In this document: piece by piece, positions 27,670-32,000 of the stretch
Numbering within the stretch: the first letter of the stretch is position 1
Layout of the letters: the number at the start of each line of letters is the position of its first letter
Assembly (NCBI RefSeq): GCF_002803295.2
Contig: NZ_PGGB02000015.1
Location: forward strand, 1,528-33,527
DNA length: 32,000 nt
Direction of reading: 5' to 3'
Source: Caedibacter taeniospiralis
GTDB lineage: Bacteria > Pseudomonadota > Gammaproteobacteria > Francisellales > Francisellaceae
The notes under the pieces: model-generated
Told to the model about the DNA's origin: nothing
What the model saw: the letters and a program-made list of their open reading frames with translations, nothing else
Databases searched by the model: none
Made by a program: the position numbers and the translations under genes

Positions 27670-28429
27670 AAGGCGGATCCTCTTGTTGCAGCTTTATGAT
27701 CTCTACGATGAGCTCTTCATGGGTTAAATTCGCTAGATTGTATAATCTAACAAAACCCTCGCGTTTCGCCCAGTCTAACATTCGGCTATTTGTAACGGTA
27801 GCAATGCACAACTTACGCCACAGTGGGTATTCTTCAAACACCCCCATGCTTGCCTTAAGCGCTTCAAAACTGGTGTAAAGCAGAATTTTTGGTGTGTTTT
27901 CTTGCCAATTGATACGTAGTAATGGCTCAAGGATAAGTGCTTTAGCGCGACAAACGCGACGATAGCAATCAATAATGTTGAGCTTATGCGCTTTTTCATT
28001 GAGCACCTCTCTTAGCAGCTCACGTCCTGATTCACCCTTCACCAACAAAAAACTTCTATTACTAAGACTTCTCATATCTTGTTGTTGTAGTTCAGCCAGT
28101 AAGTGTTCAGAGTCAGCCTTTATGGGGGACAACGCATGAATGCCGAAGTTAAGCAATGCTTTTGCAGTTCCACGCCCGATTGCCCATACATTCCTATGAG
28201 CTAATTGATGCGCATCTATAGCTTGACAAAAAAATGCGCTAACGGCAAACGTACTGGTAAAAATAATATCATCAAAGCCTGTGATATCAGGCATATCAAA
28301 ATCCAGGGAGATCACTTCAAAAGGCACAACCGCGATGGCAGAAATACCGTGCTTAGCTAAGCCATTAACCAACACCGAGGCTTTAGGTTCAGGTCGAAAA
28401 ACAATGACCTCAGGCACTGACATCGACAT
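27650..28429 (-). CDS. hemD: Uroporphyrinogen-III synthase
   Basis: VIVFRPEPKAS aligns with the HemD N-terminus ILVTRPSPAGE. Two-lobe HEM4-like length. Position ahead of hemX-hemY. The start is set at Met17 (28429). The track start at 28477 would overlap sufE by 68 nt. Confidence 0.7.
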   Translation of the reverse strand: MSMSVPEVIVFRPEPKASVLVNGLAKHGISAIAVVPFEVISLDFDMPDITGFDDIIFTSTFAVSAFFCQAIDAHQLAHRNVWAIGRGTAKALLNFGIHALSPIKADSEHLLAELQQQDMRSLSNRSFLLVKGESGRELLREVLNEKAHKLNIIDCYRRVCRAKALILEPLLRINWQENTPKILLYTSFEALKASMGVFEEYPLWRKLCIATVTNSRMLDWAKREGFVRLYNLANLTHEELIVEIIKLQQEDPPYVRENK

Positions 28430-28844
28430 ACTTTTGTGCCGTGGTGTAAATGTAGTTAAGCATTGCATGTAAGCCATTGTTTCTTGTTGCGCTTAAATGT
28501 TTTGCCAAACCAATCTCAGTCATAAAATCAGTATTTGACTCTGTAATTTCTTTAGCTGTCGCATCACTATAAACCTTAAGCAACAAACCAATTAACCCAG
28601 AAACAATAGCCGCATCGCTAACTCCACAAAAACTTAACCTGCCATCGCTTAAAGTTGCATCAAACCAGACTTGAGACTGACATCCTTTGACCATGTGTGC
28701 TGCATCTTTTTTGCTCTTAGGAAATGGAGCCAAGCTCTTACCCAAACTAATCAAATAAGCATACTTATCACTCCAGTCATCAAAAAAGTTAAAATCCTTA
28801 ACAATAGCTTCCTGTCGGTCTTTTATCGCCATACCCTCACTCAT
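28410..28844 (-). CDS. sufE: Cysteine desulfuration (sulfur acceptor) protein SufE
   Basis: KGCQSQVW active-site Cys motif, SDAAIVSGLIGLL, HLSATRNNGLHAM. Confidence 0.85.
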   Translation of the reverse strand: MSEGMAIKDRQEAIVKDFNFFDDWSDKYAYLISLGKSLAPFPKSKKDAAHMVKGCQSQVWFDATLSDGRLSFCGVSDAAIVSGLIGLLLKVYSDATAKEITESNTDFMTEIGLAKHLSATRNNGLHAMLNYIYTTAQKYVDVSA

Positions 28845-29380
28845 TAATACTCTTTAATTTTTTTCTCTAATAGTGCAACAAATACCAAAATCAATGCGGA
28901 GATGAGAAAAGTCAGATGTAAGACAACATACCACAAGAGCTCACGGTTAGATAACTGCGGAATATCTAAAAACTGCTTAAGTAACGAGATCGACGAAATA
29001 GCAACAATTGAACCTGCAATCTTCAGCTTGACTCCCGTGTGAGACAGGCGTTTGATCCAAATTGGTTCACCTGATTTGTGCTCCACATCTATTTTAGAAA
29101 CAAAGTTCTCATAGCCGCTGATAATAACGATCACAATTAAATTGGCAACAAGCACGGTATCGCAAAGTGTGAGTCCCAAAACAATCAGCTCATGTGGTTT
29201 AAGAACCATGAGGCTTGCAAATAAATGCAAAACCTCATTTGCCATCTGATAAACAAAAGCAAGCAACACCAGCACCAAAATAATATAAATAGGTGCCTGA
29301 ATCCAGCGACTGGCGAAAACAATTCGTTCAAGCAAGACCTCAATGTAGCTCAGCGCGCTACTCTCTTTTTTGTTAGACAT
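28844..29380 (-). CDS. yqhA: UPF0114 (YqhA) family inner-membrane protein
   Basis: FASRWIQAPIY, ISGYENFVSKID, IAGSIVAISSISLL and LLWYVVLHLTFLISA closely parallel E. coli YqhA. Confidence 0.82.
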   Translation of the reverse strand: MSNKKESSALSYIEVLLERIVFASRWIQAPIYIILVLVLLAFVYQMANEVLHLFASLMVLKPHELIVLGLTLCDTVLVANLIVIVIISGYENFVSKIDVEHKSGEPIWIKRLSHTGVKLKIAGSIVAISSISLLKQFLDIPQLSNRELLWYVVLHLTFLISALILVFVALLEKKIKEY

Positions 29381-29394
29381 TTTATTTAGCTACC

Positions 29395-30810
29395 CTAGAT
29401 TACGCTACTACTCTGCGTTGAAGCTGTTTCTGGCGTAAGCCACTTATTAATAGCATCAATGTCCTTATACACTAAAGCTCCCGCCGTATTTTTGAGCCCC
29501 AACAAATCATTAATGTAGGCATATTTTGCTTTTGCATATTGTTGTTGCGCCTGGAAAAGCTGCTGCTGTTGTTGTAGTAGATCAACAATCGTATGCGTTC
29601 CAACTTCATAGCCAGCTTTCATCGCTTGAACCGATGCTTCTGCCGCAATCACTGCCTGTTTATATGCTTCCACCTGAGCAATATCAGATAACACCGTTAG
29701 ATACGCCGTTTTTAATTGACTTTCTGTTGTACGTTCTGCCTCCAGTAATGTGTACTTGGAAGCCTCCGCAGTATATTGCTGCTGTTTTAATGAAGCATAA
29801 TCACTGCCTCCATTGACTAAATTCCAGCTCACTCCCACACCCGCAGAAGCACTGGTGCTGCCTGAGGTGTAATTGGTATTTTGATAATTTAGACCTCTTG
29901 ATGCTGTTGCTGTTAGTGTTGCAGCAGGCAGGAAGTTACCCCATAAACCACTGACCCCTGCTTTCGCTGCATCGACCAGGAATTGATTTTGGATAATCGT
30001 ATTATTTTGCTTTAAAGCGATCTCCATCCACTTGTCCATATTATCTGGATCAGGTTTATCAAACGGAAACTTATCACTTAAATTTTCAATCGAGGTCACT
30101 GGCTGCCCAACAATTTGACTAAGTCTGGCATACGAAGTTGCCAAATCATTTTTAGCTTGAACGGTTGCAGCTACTGCCTTTTCATAGTCCGCTTTAATTG
30201 CCTGCACATCAGTGATCGCTGAAAGACCAACTTTGTATTTCTCTTGCGTTTGACTCAATAACTCCTTATTCCAGGATTGATTAGCTTCAGCATAAGCTAA
30301 ATTATCCTGTGCCTGTAAAACTGCGAAATAGGCACTTGCCACATCTGTAATCAAACTCGCCTGAGCAATAACAAAAGTAATCGCATCAGTCTTTGCCTGG
30401 AAACTAGCGTAGTTATACCCACCCCATGCGCCCCAGTTAAACAGCGCCTGTGTAGCGGTAACGCTCGGTGTTTGCGTGAAATACTTTGATTTTTTCCCAG
30501 TTGATTCATCCACTGTTGAACTATAGCTTTCTTGTGCACTATAGCTTGCGGTAATATTCGGCAAAAGCTTACCCAAAGCTGCAGGCACATTTTGCTGTGT
30601 TGAATTAAATGTCGCCTCTGCTGCCATGTATTGCGCATTCTGCTTTTGAGCCAACTGGTAAATCTGTGATAAGTTCTGTGCTTGTATTGCTGCTTGTTCC
30701 GTTTTTGTATTAGATACAATGGGTTCTGCAACAGCATACCCCGCAAACAATAGCCCACTTATTACCAACGTAATTTTTTTCATCTGTTCGTCCAACCTTT
30801 TTATCATCAT
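29395..30810 (-). CDS. tolC: TolC-family outer-membrane efflux channel
   Basis: Signal peptide MKKITLVISGLLFAGYAVA and two OEP repeats (LSQIYQLAQKQN..., coiled segments). I start at ATG 30810, where GAGGA lies 8 nt upstream. Met at 30783 is an alternative. The track start at 30825 is a TTG. Confidence 0.85.
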   Translation of the reverse strand: MMIKRLDEQMKKITLVISGLLFAGYAVAEPIVSNTKTEQAAIQAQNLSQIYQLAQKQNAQYMAAEATFNSTQQNVPAALGKLLPNITASYSAQESYSSTVDESTGKKSKYFTQTPSVTATQALFNWGAWGGYNYASFQAKTDAITFVIAQASLITDVASAYFAVLQAQDNLAYAEANQSWNKELLSQTQEKYKVGLSAITDVQAIKADYEKAVAATVQAKNDLATSYARLSQIVGQPVTSIENLSDKFPFDKPDPDNMDKWMEIALKQNNTIIQNQFLVDAAKAGVSGLWGNFLPAATLTATASRGLNYQNTNYTSGSTSASAGVGVSWNLVNGGSDYASLKQQQYTAEASKYTLLEAERTTESQLKTAYLTVLSDIAQVEAYKQAVIAAEASVQAMKAGYEVGTHTIVDLLQQQQQLFQAQQQYAKAKYAYINDLLGLKNTAGALVYKDIDAINKWLTPETASTQSSSVI

Positions 30811-30821
30811 TTCTTCATTCC

Positions 30822-31487
30822 TCAAAAGCAGAATACTTTATTCTGCGTTTTTTCATCCACCAATGTGTAAACATCGAAAGCTGATATGTGCTGATAAGAA
30901 TTATTCATATTCCTTTGCACCAAAATCGCTTTAGCATAATTTTCTTTCCCAAGAAAGTACAACATTCTACCGTTGATTGCCAAATATTTTAGGCACTCTG
31001 TTGGCTCTGCCTTTTGCAACTCTCTGACAACAATTAAATCAAATGTGTTTTGTTGTACTATGTCATTGAGAACTTCCTCACTATTTTGAGAGCTTAAGTG
31101 ATACTTGACATTATACACCCCGATTGTTTTCAACACATTTCTGACGTGATTTAGCACATCCTCATATCGATCAACCACATCCACAAGCTTAGTTAATTTA
31201 GCTAAGAGCGCAGTTAAGTAGCCGCAACCACAGCCTAATACCAGCCCTTTTTCGTGCCTTTTTGGCTGAAGAAACTGAAGCACCTTGGCAACGGTTTGCG
31301 GGGTTAGCTCACCTTGCCCATGATTTAAAGGAATCGCCACTTCGGAATATGCCACTTCACGAAAATTACTCGGAACGAAAATTTCGCGAGGGGTGTCAGC
31401 GATAACACTCAACAAATCACCATAAGGAATGCCCAATATCCGAATTTGTTGTCTGATCATATTTTCTTTCGCAAGTTCTGTACCCAT
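30822..31487 (-). CDS. Protein-L-isoaspartate O-methyltransferase family protein (tolC-linked paralogue type)
   Basis: PREIFVP, EVAIPLNHGQ, and SAM motif GLVLGCGCGYLTALLAKL parallel E. coli Pcm (PREKFV, IALPIGQGQ, VLEIGTGSGYQTAILA). Confidence 0.72.
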   Translation of the reverse strand: MGTELAKENMIRQQIRILGIPYGDLLSVIADTPREIFVPSNFREVAYSEVAIPLNHGQGELTPQTVAKVLQFLQPKRHEKGLVLGCGCGYLTALLAKLTKLVDVVDRYEDVLNHVRNVLKTIGVYNVKYHLSSQNSEEVLNDIVQQNTFDLIVVRELQKAEPTECLKYLAINGRMLYFLGKENYAKAILVQRNMNNSYQHISAFDVYTLVDEKTQNKVFCF

Positions 31488-32000
31488 TTTTTATCACCTT
31501 TTAGAACAACAGCGTACTTTTAAACCTCACAAAAACCGCCTGCTGACACATAAGTTTACTGCCTGCTATTCTAAACGCATCATTCAAGATATTCAAACAT
31601 TGTTAGCTGATCGGGTGCGATTATCATGTCCTTATTTTTCAACATCAGTGATTGACCCTGCACATCCTGATCCCACCATTTTTTAACGTGAGGAGTCTCT
31701 ATACCGCTCGTATAATGATTTACGATGGGTATACATCAAGTTCTTTTGTTCAGTTACAAGCGAGTTTAAAAACTTTTCTGCATTGTCTGTCGATATGTAG
31801 TTTGTATTTTGCTTTCATGTTTTTAACTTTAATCCTTGTAGTTCTTTGTTACACCACCTTAACGGAAAAGAAAAGAATTTGCTGATTGGTTGCTTATCTT
31901 TACTAGATTTCAGGGCTGTTTTTCTTTACTATTTCACTCAACTGTGATGGGTGCGCTTCAATGCGTAGCAGTGGTAGTATTTTTGGGATAAGCATGTTGC

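Noticed and set aside
31903-32000. Possible C-terminal fragment of a minus-strand gene (...LIPKILPLLRIEAHPSQLSEIVKKNSPEI*) at the right edge
   Set aside because: Only 31 codons are visible and no motif is recognisable, so it cannot be distinguished from a chance open frame.
1-32000. Search by eye for CRISPR arrays, tRNA/rRNA genes, IS elements, integrases, phage genes and toxin-antitoxin or known defence genes
   Set aside because: No regularly spaced direct repeats, tRNA T-arm/acceptor signatures, or transposase/integrase/defence-type ORFs were found. The window is largely housekeeping, so I do not claim a novel system.

Overview
This window reads as core chromosome from a moderately AT-rich gammaproteobacterium. 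Gene content and the palindromic repeat types resemble Legionellales, but that taxon call is my inference only.

Gene content, left to right:
- a VOC-family gene fragment and rhlE
- a complete riboflavin operon (ribD-ribE-ribBA-ribH) behind an FMN riboswitch
- an internally deleted AAA-ATPase/PD-(D/E)XK pseudogene
- relA
- RNase P RNA (rnpB) directly abutting a KfrA-like gene
- an aromatic amino-acid permease, tsaD and a LapA-domain gene
- a 916-bp non-coding gap, then rne
- a small secreted Sel1-repeat protein and ffh
- a Cys/Met PLP enzyme, tex, hemB and yhbY
- a tightly packed nine-gene minus-strand block: pcm-like, tolC, yqhA, sufE, hemD, hemX, hemY, gloB-like, mazG

I found no CRISPR array, tRNA, rRNA, transposase, integrase or recognisable defence or toxin gene. 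I do not see convincing evidence for a novel multi-gene system.

The features not explained by ordinary gene calls are mostly non-coding:
- a REP/BIME-like palindromic repeat family with four copies, all at gene 3-prime ends
- a nested triple palindrome upstream of rne
- an rnpB with a greatly extended P3 helix
- a perfect 24-bp palindrome next to the pseudogene
- the KfrA-like gene plus an ATGA-coupled 68-aa ORF

All homology statements come from reading the supplied translations and recalling family motifs. No database search was run.
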